Source of the DNA: Octopus sinensis
Lineage: Eukaryota
Assembly: GCF_006345805.1 (NCBI RefSeq)
Contig: NC_042997.1
Span: 157,294,001 to 157,358,000, forward strand
Length of the DNA: 64,000 nt
Direction: 5' to 3'
Position numbers and translations under genes: made by a program. Numbering within the stretch: position 1 is the stretch's first letter; each line of letters opens with the position of its first letter. The notes under the pieces were generated by a model. The model had not been told where the DNA came from and searched no databases. It saw only the letters and a list, made by a program, of their open reading frames with translations. Positions 26,285 to 39,157 of this stretch are shown one piece after another.

Positions 26285-26627
26285 ATACGTGGGCCTGACA
26301 GAGGGTAATTTCAAGGCCTGGTTCAATAACCACACTTTGAGCTTTAGGCACTGGAACAAAAGAAAAGCGACACAATTATCCAATCATATTTGGTCTTTAA
26401 GAGATAAAGGTGTCGATTATAACATACAATGGAACATTTTGGCCAGATGTAAGCCCTATACTAACGGCAGCGGAAGGTGCGGTTTATGCGACATGGAGAG
26501 ATGGCTTATCTGGAAAAGCAGCTTAGACCCTACCACATGTCTAAATACAAGGACAGAGCTTTTCGGATCATGCCCACATGTGACTAAATTTCTGTTACGT
26601 TTTTGGTCCCCTAAAGAAAACGGATAG
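26285..26627 (+). pseudogene. GIY-YIG endonuclease C-terminal fragment (PLE)
   Basis: Uninterrupted YVGLTEGNFKAWFNNHTLSFRH...WNILARCKPYTNGSGRCGLCDMERWLI...LNTRTELFGSCPHVTKF (YIG motif, CxxC, late N and C-x-H). The upstream part of the listed 178-aa ORF is antisense read-through of the inverted arm. Confidence 0.85.
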
Positions 26628-26812
26628 AACATGCTTTCTGTGTTATGTCCCAAGAAGATTTTATATATTTTTATATATTTTTTATGTATTTTTATATAAT
26701 TTTTATGACGAAAAATGCGAGCGATGTATAAGTACGCAGGCAAAGCAGAGTTATAACAGAGTAATTTCCCTTCATTTTTAACGGCATTTTTTCATAACGT
26801 TTTCAAATAGCC

Positions 26813-26875
26813 AGATAACCGAAGAGATGGTGTTGTGGATTTCCACTTCGGCATCTGAAACTCAGAGTTTTATCT
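26813..26875 (+). ncRNA. Putative minimal type I hammerhead ribozyme (variant core) in the PLE 3-prime region
   Basis: Stem I AGATAA/TTATCT; core CCGAAGA; stem II GATG..CATC with inner GTGG/CCAC hairpin; one extra T; GAAA; stem III AC(T)/(A)GT; GTT triplet. Confidence 0.5.
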
Positions 26876-26971
26876 TGACTACCGAGTAATGTAACATATT
26901 GTATAGATAAATTTCCTCTATTTACATAATATTGAGGTCTCTTTCTTTCTTTTGTTATCTTACCGTTTTAT

Positions 26972-27100
<129 letters not shown>

Positions 27101-28122
27101 TATATATATATATATATATCTTTATACATGTGTACACATTTATGTGTCTGTGTTTGTGTTTGTCACCGCAGCGCTTGACACATGGTATTGGTTTGTTTAC
27201 GTCCCCCGTAACTTGGTGGATTGGTGAAAGGGATTAATATTTTCTTAGTCAACCCTACAAAACGGTGCTCCAGCATGACCGCATTCCAGTGACTAAAACA
27301 AGAAAAAGTGTATGCTTATGCATTAATTGTGCGAATTTGTGAGGTCTGTTGAGTGAAACAAGGTTAATGTGACACCGTTATTGAGTACTTTCTAGGCCTC
27401 TGCTCATGGAGACAAATACAGCATTGGCGTGAGATGTTAAGGGAGCATATGGCACGTTTGGGTGCAGAAGATTAGAGAAGTATGAAGGATAGTATCAAAA
27501 ATATCGACTTAGAAATCGGTGATGTTAATAGTGACGGCAGTTAGATCATTGATGCATATAGATGTTTGTGACAAAACCGAGCCCTGGAGTACGCCATTGT
27601 CAATAGAGCTTGGGTCAGAGAGAGAAGAGAGAGGGAGGGGGAGAGGAGGGGGAGGAGAGCGTTGCATTGGTACACCATGTGATGGTACTAACAGGAAGTC
27701 ACTGATCTAAGAGAGACGAGACAGATGGAGACTGGAGAAGATTTACGAGTCAGACTAAGTTGAAAACTTTTTTGGTGTCATGGACAAGGATATTGCTTTA
27801 ACCAAATCTTCTGAGGACGAGATTGGACCGTGTTAACAGAAAAAAAATTTTCCAGGGATAAAACTTCGGTATTTTCCAATGTTTTTTTTAAACAAAATTA
27901 TTCATTCAAATAATGATTGTTCCTCATTACATGTAAGTTAATAAATCATCTTGGCTTACTTCATCATATATTGTCCTCTAATGTGTATATACAACTGTAT
28001 ATGTATACATAGTCTATGCATGCATATACGTATGTATTAATCTATGTGTGCATGTCTGTATGATCATGTATATGTATGTATGCGTATGTATGTGTATGTA
28101 TATGTGTATATATATAATATAA

Positions 28123-28164
<42 letters not shown>

Positions 28165-28167
<3 letters not shown>

Positions 28168-28375
28168 ATCCAAACACGAACAAAGAGAAAACACAACAAC
28201 GCGAGGACGTGGAACAAGTATAGTGTTATTGGACGCTCAGGAAAGGAAAGAAAGAAGGAGGATTTAACGTTTCGAGCCTGAGCTCTTCGTCAGAAACATA
28301 GAAAAAGGAAAGGTCCAAGGAAGGGAAGACGGAGAAAGAAAATCGCCAACGATACACATGCGGTCACATATTGAA
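28165..28375 (-). mobile_element. Short PLE-type repeat with an intact HHR core, abutting (TA)n
   Basis: Minus strand gttt CTGACGA a gagc-tcag-gctc GAAA cgtt aaat at 28262-28297. Paralogue at 31320-31530. Confidence 0.7.
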
Positions 28376-28409
<34 letters not shown>

Positions 28410-28578
28410 GTGTATGTATATGTGTGTGTGTATACATAGTCTAAAGTAGTGGTAAAAGTGAAAGAGAGGGGTTTAAAAATCGAATGTAGAAATTAGTCCA
28501 AAGTTATTTGTGAATTATGCGTTCATTAGCCTAAGGAGAATAGGTTGGAAGAGACGAGAATTGGAGAAGAAATAAGAG

Positions 28579-28663
<85 letters not shown>

Positions 28664-28889
28664 GAGTAGAAAAGGAGAGGAAGAACAAACGTGAAAAAGG
28701 AGGATAGATAAAGATAGACAGATAATAAGAGAGGTAGATCAGACAGGCTGTCAGTCAGTCAGTCATATTGATAGACACATTGACGGAGATAGAGATGTAG
28801 AGCAACGTTAGAGAGGCGGAGAGAGGGAAAAAAAACCTCAACCACAGAGCCAGAGTGCGTAGTGAGGTGGAAAGCATATTGTGTACGAA

Positions 28890-29850
28890 CGTGTATGTAT
28901 GTGTGTATGTATGTATGTATGTATGTATGTATGTATGTATGTATGTATGTATGTATGTATGTATGTATGCATGCATGTATGTATGTATGTATGTATGTAT
29001 GTATGTATGCATGTATGCATGTATGTGTGTATGTATGTAAGTATGTATGTATGTATGTATGTATGTATGTATGTATGCATGTGTGTATGTATGCATGCAT
29101 GCATGCATGTATGTATGTATGTATGTAAGTATGTATGTATGTATGTATGTATGTTTGTAAGTATATATGTATGTGTGTATGTATGTATGTATGTATGTAT
29201 GTATGTATGTATGTATGCATGTATGTATGTATGTACGTATGTAAGTATGTATGTATGTATGTGTGTATGTGTGTATGTATGTATGTATGTATGTATGTAT
29301 GCATGTATCTATGTATGTATGTATGCATGCATGCATGTATGTATGTATGTATGTATGTAAGTATGTATGTATGTATGCATGTACGTATGTATGTATGTAT
29401 GTATGTATGTGTGTATGTATGTATGTATGTATGTAAGTATGTAAGTATGTATGTATGTATACATGTATGCATGTATGTATGTATGGATGTATGTATGTAT
29501 GTATGTATGTATGTAAGTATGTATGTATGTAAGTATGTATGTATGTATGTATGTATGTATGTTTGTATGTATGTATTTATGTATGTATGTATGCATGCAT
29601 GCGTGTATGTATGTATGTATGTATGTATGTGTGTATGTATGTATGTATGTATGTATGTATGTATGTATGTATGTATGTGTGTATGTATGTATGTATGTAA
29701 GTATGTATGTATGTATGTAAGTTTGTATGTATGTATGTATGCATGCATGTATGTATGTATGTAAGTATGTAAGTATGTATGTATGTAAGTATGTATGTAT
29801 GTATGTGTGTATGTATGTATGTATTTATGTATGTGTGTGTGTATGTGTGT
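28890..29850. repeat. About 960-bp interrupted (TATG)n array, flanked by (GA)n tracts
   Basis: Directly visible, with TAAG, CATG and TGTG variant units. Source of the 329-aa and 209-aa spurious ORFs. Confidence 0.95.
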
Positions 29851-29899
29851 GTATGTGAGTGAAAGAGAGAGAAAGGGAGAAAGAGAGAGAGAGTGAGAA

Positions 29900-29936
<37 letters not shown>

Positions 29937-30139
29937 AGGGGCAAAGAGTAAGGGTAGTGGAAAGCGAAAGTAAGTGTATGGTAGTGGCGGCGGCGTAGCA
30001 GCATTGACGGAAATGGCAGGCGTGTATTTTTTGTTTGTTTCTTTTTTGAGGCTATGGCTCAACTTGGAATGTGAAACGGCGCATGTATGTCTACTAGCCA
30101 TGTGTACAACTTACAACAGGGTTGTACCGGTGGTGGTAT

Positions 30140-30700
30140 GAAGAAGGTGGTAGTGGTGGTGGTGGTGGTGGCGGTGGTGGTTGACGGCGGGGTTTAATTT
30201 GTCTGTAAAGGGATAGATGGCGCCCTCTTCTACACCATCATTGCACATTCTGTTCTGCTAATTGCCCCCTGCTCTTGTTGCTGCTGTTACTGTTGTTTGT
30301 TGTTGTTTGTTTGTTGTTTGGTGTTCGTCGATGCTGCCACATGGAACAGCGTCCACCACCACCACCACCACCACCACCACCACCACCACCAATGCCGCCG
30401 CCGCCACCACCACCACCACCACCACCACCACCACCACCGCCGCCGCCACCACCACCAACAACAACAACCACAACAACAACAACAATAGCAATGTTAAAAT
30501 CATCACCACCTACAGCACTGCAACCAACACCAACACCAGTATTACCACCTACACCGCAACTGGTATCTTACTGACATCATCATCTACAACCCATTGCTGC
30601 TATCACCACCACCATCACGACGACCACGACCACCAGCACGACCACGACCACCAGCACGACCACGACCACCACCACGACCACCACCACCACTAACAACAAC
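30140..30700. repeat. Compound triplet tracts (GGT)n, (GTT)n, (CAC)n, (CAA)n, (GACCAC)n
   Basis: Directly visible. Confidence 0.9.
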
Positions 30701-31319
30701 TATAAAGAAACGAACACAATGACCACCTCTAGCAACCTCCCGTCGCCACCACTGACACTAAACTTATAATAAATAGTAGCCAAACCTTTCTCCATATCAT
30801 ACTCATTCCTAAATTACACTCATCAAATATAAACAGTAAGTCCAAGGATGAGGGTGATGGAACAACATTTACTATTGCAGTACGATCGTTTCGACAGTTG
30901 AATGTTCCACACTCATAGTCCATAGATATTGTATTTGCTGTATTTGTATACTTATTGTTATTCTTTTCTTCTGTTATATATGGCCATAAGGCGTTGCATT
31001 GTTATATATGCATAATTCTTCGTCTGTTGCATTTATATATTGTCTCGTTTGTTTCTGCCTCAGTATACATTCGCTAGCTTTTTCCCGGTAGCTTAATATC
31101 AGCACTGGCACAGTCAATGTTGAGTGGTCTCAATGATAATAGTGCGAAGCCGCGATATTTTGGTTCTTTGACTGACGAGGAAAACTCAGCCGCGAATATT
31201 CCGTGTGTCGTGTCTTTGTCTATATTCCCTGTCCGTAAAGTTTTCGTCTACTTTCCCGTCTGCTCTACTTTCGTCTAACTTGTTATGTTCTGTCAGTTCA
31301 GTCGTTTATATATATATAT

Positions 31320-31530
31320 ATACTTAATCCAAACATGAACAAAGAGAAAACACAACAATGCGAGGACGTGGAACAAGAATAGTGTTTTTGGACGCTCAGG
31401 AAAGGAAAGAAAGGGGGAGGATATAACGTTTCGAGCGGAGCTCTTCGTCTGAATCATAGAAAAAGGAAAGGTCCAAGGATGGGAAGACGGAGAAAGAAAA
31501 TCGCCAACGATACACACGCGGTCACATACT
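31320..31530 (-). mobile_element. Second copy of the 28165-28375 repeat, HHR core mutated (CAGACGA)
   Basis: High nucleotide similarity to 28165-28375. Also preceded by (TA)n. Confidence 0.75.
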
Positions 31531-31747
31531 TAAATACGACCTCGAACCCACAAGAGTAAACAAGAGATGCAGAGAGAGAGAGACAGAAACAAGGAAAAAT
31601 GCCACTTGTATTTGAACACTATACAAATATTCTTTTAAAAAAAATTTTCTTTTAATTCTTCTAAATTTAATTATTTAATTGTTACAGTTGAAAAGATCTC
31701 AATGACTGAAACCGGTACTGAAATGTTTTTTATAAAATTATTTTAGC

Positions 31748-31782
<35 letters not shown>

Positions 31783-33139
31783 ATATATACATATGCGGTA
31801 TTTCGTCCATCTTCACGTTCTAACTTCAAATTCCGCCGGGGCTCCTTTATTTTAATTCTTACTATCGGGTAACTAATTTCATGTTATTACATAACTGACT
31901 TCACAATTTGGGTATTCATAACTTACTAGGAATTCCTAAAAACAAGATCATGTGGAAGACAGTTCGGTATTCTCAGTAAATGCACAAAAACCGTTTTAAG
32001 GGCTGCATACATTGTACTTTGTATTGTTGTTATTGGATTAGCAAAACAATTATGAGAATGGAACCAAGGGATAAACCCCGCTTTCCCGGGAATTACCGGC
32101 TACGTCAGCTAGTGTATATATATATGTATATATACACTTGCGCACGCGCACACACAGAGAAGGGGATGCTGAAATGTTCCTAGCTTTGGTAAAGCAAAAA
32201 ACAGGAGGATCAATTAATTATTATTTTATTCAGCATATTCCCGTCTCAGATTCACAAATTATCAGTCAAGTACTAGAGTGATTTCTCCTCCCTCTCACGC
32301 AATCAGTCAAACATACAGTAGAATCGATACACTGAATTTTAAAAGGCACGCGGGCTCCACTTTCATGTTTTCTACTTCTAAGAAACGGAGAAAAGTTTAG
32401 AAAGTGGCGCCGAAAGACATCGGAGAATCCGGTTATGTTGGTACTGATGCACCGTTGAGCATGAAACGTTTTGCAAGATATTGGGTAATGTAGTCTTCGT
32501 TTCAAGTCATGTGGTCTAATGGTTAGAGTGTTGGGCCCACAATCAGTCATGAGTTGGATTCCAGGACAGGTTGTCATTCTGAGCAATGTATTTTGTTTTG
32601 TGTTGTCCCAGTCTGCTCAGCTGAAACAAGTGCCATCCGAGTGCTGTTACAAACCCACTCTGTCTGATTGTCTGTCTGTCTCCAGCAATCGTATCCTGTT
32701 TGTGGTAGATACACAAGACATCTCCTTATCGCATCCTGCATGTTCTAGGTACACAACACAGAACACCGAGGATTAAACAGCAGTAGAAATATCGCCAACC
32801 TTAAAAATAAAGAAAAAATCTTGTTTTGGAAACCCCAGTGAACCATTGATCGGATCATGGGTCGTTATGGACTGCAACACTATTGGGGCACTGCCTCGAA
32901 ATTTTAACCGAACAGATCTACCCGGGTATTTATTTTGTTTTTATACGTCCGGTACTCATTCTATAGCTCTTTGTTGGCGAACCGCTAATTTATGGAGAAG
33001 CAAGGCAACGCTGGTTGTCTATCAGTGGTGAGGATAAAAAAATGCAAATATACCCACGTATATACATATGGCAGGCTTCCAAATTCCTTTACACGGCCGA
33101 GTCTATAGTGGAAAGCGCTTGTCCAAGGTACTGCGCTGT

Positions 33140-33935
33140 GGAACCACATGGTTCCAGGTTCAGTCCCACTGCGTGGTACCTTGGGAAAATGTCTTCTACT
33201 ATAGCCTCGGGCCGACCAAAGCCTTGTGAGTGGATTTGGTAGATGGAAGCTGAAAGAAGCCCGTCGTATATATATATATATATTATATATATATACTAGC
33301 AGCATAGCCCGGCGTTGCCCGGGTATAGAAGGCGTCCCATAGACAGTCTGTGGTTTGTGTTTAATACACAAATCGGTTTGCTATGTGTGCCACATATGAT
33401 TTAATTAACCGATTTTTTCCAGTAATAAAGTATCCTATTGGAATAAAAAGGGCCATATAGCTCCTTGGAGCAGACATGATGCTCGCTGTGAATTTTAAAA
33501 AAACATTCCTGCCAATTTGTGAAAGATATTGTCGAAAATATGTCATATTGAATTTGAACGCGATTTCCCAAAATGGCATGATTTTATCGATTTTTTTCTG
33601 ATGGTAAGGTATTGCATGAAAAACTAATGTCAGAATTAAGTTTCTTAGGGTAACATTAAGCTTCACCATGAGTTTGGTGAAAATCAATTGCAAATTGCGA
33701 AAACTACAACAGAAAATGTGTTGCATATGAAAAGCTTAGATTCTCGACCCCATGTCGAATTTATCGATTATTTTCAGAACTGGGGGAACTTTTCAAAACT
33801 TTCGCTGCGTTAGTTTTGAATTATGACATTGGGCTATGTGTGTGTCAAGTTTGATCAGAATCGGTTGAAAGCCGTGGTCAGCGTGAGGGTACAACCTGAC
33901 AGACACACAGACACTCAGACAGACAAACTGCCGTT

Positions 33936-34022
<87 letters not shown>

Positions 34023-34225
34023 CATGTATCCGTTTGTGTTTGTCCCTCCACCATCGCTTGACAACCGATGTTGGTGTGTTTACGTCTCCTTAACCTAGCG
34101 GTTCGGCAAAAGTGAGCGATAGAATAAGTACTAGGCTTACAAAGAATAAGTCCAGGGGTCGATTTCTTCTACTAAAAGGTGGTGCTCTAGTATGGCCACA
34201 GTCAAATGACTGAAACAAGTAAAAA
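33140..34225 (+). mobile_element. Family B SINE split by a Helitron in its internal TA tract
   Basis: Head at 33140-33270 and tail at about 34025-34225 are collinear and on the same strand on either side of the insert. Confidence 0.85.
33296..33945 (-). mobile_element. Non-autonomous Helitron
   Basis: CTAG at 33296-33299 next to hairpin cccggcgttgcccggg. The 5-prime end (tatatataaacggcagtttgtctgtctg on the minus strand) merges into (TA)n. Confidence 0.8.
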
Positions 34226-34553
34226 GAAAAAAAAAAAGGATACACATTTTCAATAGAGAAGCGGGGGTGGGGTGGAAATAGGATATTTAGCGATGTAAGC
34301 GATGCTGCTTCAAGGCGGAATCGAAATCAAGTCGGTAGCTCGGGAATACTGGTAGATTACCTCACGCAATACCGAGCTTGACACGTATCCAAGAATTAAT
34401 TATATTAATGATGAGCTTTAAAAAAAAAATTATCTTGTTTTCGAAAAAGTCATTATTGCTGCCATTATTTTCATTTATTTATTTATTTATTTGTTTGTTT
34501 GTTTTTTTGTTTGTTTGCTACGTCAACAGATAGGATTTCAGCTCAGAAAAACA

Positions 34554-34618
<65 letters not shown>

Positions 34619-34669
34619 CATACATACACACACACACACCACCACACACACACACACACACACACACCA

Positions 34670-34721
<52 letters not shown>

Positions 34722-35432
34722 ATATATATGTATATGTATATATATTATATGTGGTATGTATGTATGTTCGTGTGTCGCGAGAGAAGTGAAATTTAATGTT
34801 TCGGACAGAACTCTTCGTTGGAGAGGAAATGATAGAATTTAAATTAAGCATGGTCACCCCAGCTTTTAGGTCTCCTTATACCGATTGAACTTTGTATGAG
34901 GAAGGAGTGGAGGGAAGAGGAGCAGAAGGCCAAAAGAACATATAATGAAAATAAGCATATATACACGTAAACATACATGCATATGTATATATATATAATT
35001 AAGCCAAGGCGTAAAGTAAAAGAGAGAGAAAGAGAGAGACAAAGATAGAGTGAGAGAAAGCGAGAGAGAAAGAAATATACTAATGTGACTGAATAAAATG
35101 TCGTTTCCTTTTACACACATATATATATGTACATATAGGTTTGTTTGTGTGTGTGTGTGCGTGTGTGTATATGTGTGTGTGTATGTGTGTGTGTATGTGT
35201 GTGTGTGTATGTGCGCGCGCGTATATATGCACATATATTCATACACTTAGATACACGCACACACACTAAAAATGTATATACATACATATATACATACATA
35301 CATATATACATATACATACATGCATGCATACATACATACATAATTCATACATACATACATACACACAATATATATATTATATATATATATATATAATATA
35401 TATATATATTATATACATATATATAATATATG

Positions 35433-35463
<31 letters not shown>

Positions 35464-35748
35464 TAACATATGTCTCTTCTGCTATAAACGGCTGTTCGGG
35501 TGAATTTGACAGTTATCACACTCGGTCGACTTCTCACAGCGTAACATACTTATGTCAAAACTGACAGATAGACGCAGACGTATTGGCTGACAGTCTAAGA
35601 TCTACTGGTGTTGGTAGGAGATTAAGGTGCTGACTAGTAGTAGTAGTAGTAGTAGTTTGTCTTGTGTGTGGTGATGGTGATAATGAAAGTGATAATGGTA
35701 GATTTGGTAGGTGATGGTAACGATATTAGGAGCGAGGTCTCTCTTCGT

Positions 35749-35818
<70 letters not shown>

Positions 35819-36219
35819 TAAGGAGGGAGTAGGAGGGTGACGGAAAGGGGAAGTGGTGTATCTGGAAGTGGTGATGGTGCTGGTATGATGTGGTAAACAT
35901 AATGATAGGACGGTATTGGTGTCGGTAGTGAGATGTTCTCTTCATTAGTTATTTTGGTGATGGCCATGGTGATCTTCAAAGTGATATTGCTGGTTGTCTA
36001 TCGGTCTGTCTATCTATCTTGCAGTCTGGTTGTCTTTTGGTTGATAACAAGCTATACGAAACATATTTAATAAACATGTCGCTAGGTTGTTTAATGTTTC
36101 CATAAGAATCAATGATTGCATTTATTATTGCATAATACAGCAAGATTGATGAGATCGAATTCAGATAAAACAATTGTAAACTTACGTAATAAAAAAAACT
36201 GGCTCACCCTATTCTTCTT

Positions 36220-36625
36220 GCTTGTAATTTTTACACTGCTACTTAGAGTTTCACGTTCCCGTTCGTCGGGCAGTTGTTATCAAGAAGGGAATAAAAATTG
36301 TGATTGTGCGTATAATGTATATTTTGATATAATTCAGATTGACAGATTACACATTTGAATTTGATTGGTTGATTTCAGTAACGGTCTTTCAGAAGTATGC
36401 AAGTTAGACAGCAGATATAAAAGAGAAAATAAAAATAAATAAATATCGTGTTGTATAAAATCGAAGAAAACCTTAAGTTGGAAAAAAAATCTTGTCAATT
36501 TGAATCATATCAACATATACATTATAAGCACAATCACAATTTTTTAATTCCATTCTTGATCGCAACTGCCGACGAATGGGAACGTGAAATTCTGAATAGC
36601 AGTTTTTTTGTGAAATTTTTGTGAT
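36220..36625. repeat. Divergent inverted-repeat pair (about 125-bp arms, about 140-bp spacer), each arm with an HHR motif
   Basis: About 36220-36347 is the diverged reverse complement of about 36488-36625 (roughly 85 percent by eye). Confidence 0.8.
36235..36274 (-). ncRNA. Putative compact type I hammerhead ribozyme, U4C core variant
   Basis: Minus strand ACTGC CCGACGA ACG-GGAA-CGT GAAA C-TCTAA-G TA GCAGT: 5-bp stem I, 3-bp stem II, short stem III and GUA triplet. Confidence 0.65.
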
Positions 36626-37914
36626 GTTTCTGCAGCTTTAATAATAAAGCATATTACAATACCTCCGGTATTCGAGTACTATTATTTCTCACCTTGTCTC
36701 ACATTTATGTACTTATTCGGGTATATACATACATAGATACATAGATACATAGATACATAGATACATACATACATACATATATACATATATACATATATAT
36801 ATATATATTTATTGAACGCCACGCATCCATTTCCATGTAAATTTATCTGAATCTTTTTGATGCGACTCTACTCTATACTGATTTCTACCCCATCCTTTTC
36901 TCTAATTCCCTTTTTCTCTTTTCACCGTTTTCTATCTGTCTCTCTGTCCCGCCTCTTTCACTTTTTCTCTCTATCGTTGCTGACACATGACCATCGTCCA
37001 TCTTTCTTTTCCTCACTGGATTATCTTTCTTTTCTTTCAGGACTGACCTGAGGACTGGAGTATTCTATCTCTCTCCTCTATATTTTCTCTTTCTGAAGGA
37101 AATATTCTTCCAGCGTTCGCTATTTTACCCTTGTTCTGGTCTAACGATCATCCATGTTCGTTTTCGTTCGGAGTACTGCTCATTTATAAGGCTTAGGGAA
37201 ATTCTGGCAACACTTGCACAAATATTTAAACTATATGGACGATTATATTATAAAATACTTAACACTAATTGTAATTTTATAATCAAAATTCGATATAAAT
37301 CTTGTATACATAGACTCCATTCGAGTCTCAACCTACCATTCTAGGAAAAGAAAGGACATTTTAGAAAATGTATTTCTAGATAAAATGCTCGCGGCTATAA
37401 TGTCTTTCAAGTCAAATCAACAATAAGAGCAACAACATCAACAGCAACAGTAACAACAAAATGTATATATATATATGTGCACATGCAGTTATACATAACG
37501 CATAGTAAAGGGAAAATGAATGCGAGAAAGTGCGAGAGAGATGGTGAATAGTGAAGGGATTAGAGGGTCACAAAATCCTAATACGGGTGAAAATAAAGGA
37601 AATAAGGGACGATTAAAAGAATTTGTAGAAGAAAATTCAAAGGTTTAATATGAGGGTGGGAAAGAGAGAGAGAGAGAAAAAGAGAGAGAAAGAAAGCGAG
37701 AGAGAGAGAGCGTTTCACATTAAAGAATATTTGATTTTCTATATTTTTTATATTTTTTATATTTCTTGTCAGTTATCTTATGATTCACCTGCAGAGTTAC
37801 TTAATGCCGACAATATCAACCTTTTATTCGTAAATCGTTAATATTTATGCAACTGAAATTCGGATCATCCTCCGTTGTGATCTTAGTTCTAGCCAGAATC
37901 TTCATGTGTTTCAG

Positions 37915-37945
37915 GAAGGTCTGAGTGGAACATTTACTTTGATTC
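37915..37945 (+). other. Candidate 31-nt internal micro-exon
   Basis: tgtgtttcag|GAAGGT...GATTC|gtaagt. Two frames open (EGLSGTFTLI or RSEWNIYFD). Lies in non-repetitive sequence. Confidence 0.3.
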
Positions 37946-38085
37946 GTAAGTTAATTGATTATGGGATATGAGTGATAAGCAGCTGTTGTGGATTAAGCCT
38001 CACTTTTTAATGTTTTAATGCGTCTTAATTCGCTTAGGGCAGGCCGCATTTGCTAATTTGTTATAGTGGGTTAATATACATACAT

Positions 38086-38145
<60 letters not shown>

Positions 38146-38229
38146 GAGTTTGTGTGTGTGTGTGTGCATGTGTGTATAGATAGATAGCTATAGATGCATA
38201 TGTATATGTATGTTTATATATATATATAC

Positions 38230-38274
<45 letters not shown>

Positions 38275-39119
38275 CTCACATAGATATATTTATGTATATA
38301 CACATACACACACGAACGCGTATACACACATATAATTTAAAGAACCTAATAATTCCAATTGGGTCAGAAATCAACAATTCAAAATAATCCATTGTTAAAA
38401 TAAAAACGCAACTGAACCATTTGATGAACAGAGTTCGATAAATAGAGCACTTAAAAGACTTAATTTAGCATGGGCGTAGCATAGAGACTAAAGCCAGTAA
38501 ATGAATTCATTAATCTGATAACAAATGACTGGCAGAGATGTGGCTCTGTTAAAGAGCTGAAAGGAAACTAGTACGGTTCTAGACAACTTTAATCCATTTA
38601 TATCAATAACAGGACGTAGATAATCAAAAGCTTTATAGAACCAGTGTCTGAATATGCTACAACAATTCCTAACATTGGAACTATGTTTATTTTAGAGTTC
38701 TGATTTTATTTCAGGATCTAGTATTAACTAGACACGAGCATTTTGCAAATACACATTTTATCTTTTTTATTGTTCCGCGCTCAATAGAATAAAGCTTCAG
38801 ACAAGTACTGGAATTGGTTATATATTCGTATAAATCATCTTAGATATGAAAGAAATTATAGTTGGAGATAAAATCCTGAAAGAATGACAGACAGGTTCGA
38901 TCTCTGAGGGATTTGAATTTAAAATGTAAGAAATAGTAAAACTAATTTATTTCGTTTTTGGATTTGGTTTGCAAGATTCTTTATATGTGAATTATTATCA
39001 TGCCATCCATTTATATAGTCCTCGATGTTTTGGGTTCCTGTGGCAGCCCATATAAAAGAAACCATCCTCATCAACATCCTCCTCCTCATCATCACATCAT
39101 CATTGCCGCTGACACTATT

Positions 39120-39157
<38 letters not shown>

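Larger units (their letters stand above)
25833..26905 (+). mobile_element. 5-prime-truncated Penelope-like element with inverted pseudo-LTR (1.07-kb hairpin)
   Basis: 25833-26287 is a nearly identical reverse complement of 26457-26905, with a 169-bp spacer. Encodes a GIY-YIG C-terminus and lies in (TA)n context. Confidence 0.9.

Noticed and set aside
28755-29764. Long ORFs of 159-329 aa (HTYI and MYVC repeats) and similar ORFs across the window
   Set aside because: Translations of (TATG)n, (TA)n, (CA)n and triplet microsatellites, which lack stop codons in some frames. No coding signal.
30729-30923. Minus-strand ORF ending in a signal-peptide-like stretch (MSMIWRKVWLLFIISLVSVVATG)
   Set aside because: Only a weak donor (gttgct), next to triplet low-complexity DNA, with no downstream exon found.
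32234-32400. Acceptor followed by a 55-codon frame ending SKKRRKV*
   Set aside because: A frame this long after an AG-type site is expected by chance somewhere in 64 kb, and there is no homology or supporting exon.
32405-32415. PBS-like tggcgccgaaa
   Set aside because: Only about 11 nt, with no LTR pair or gag/pol remnant nearby.
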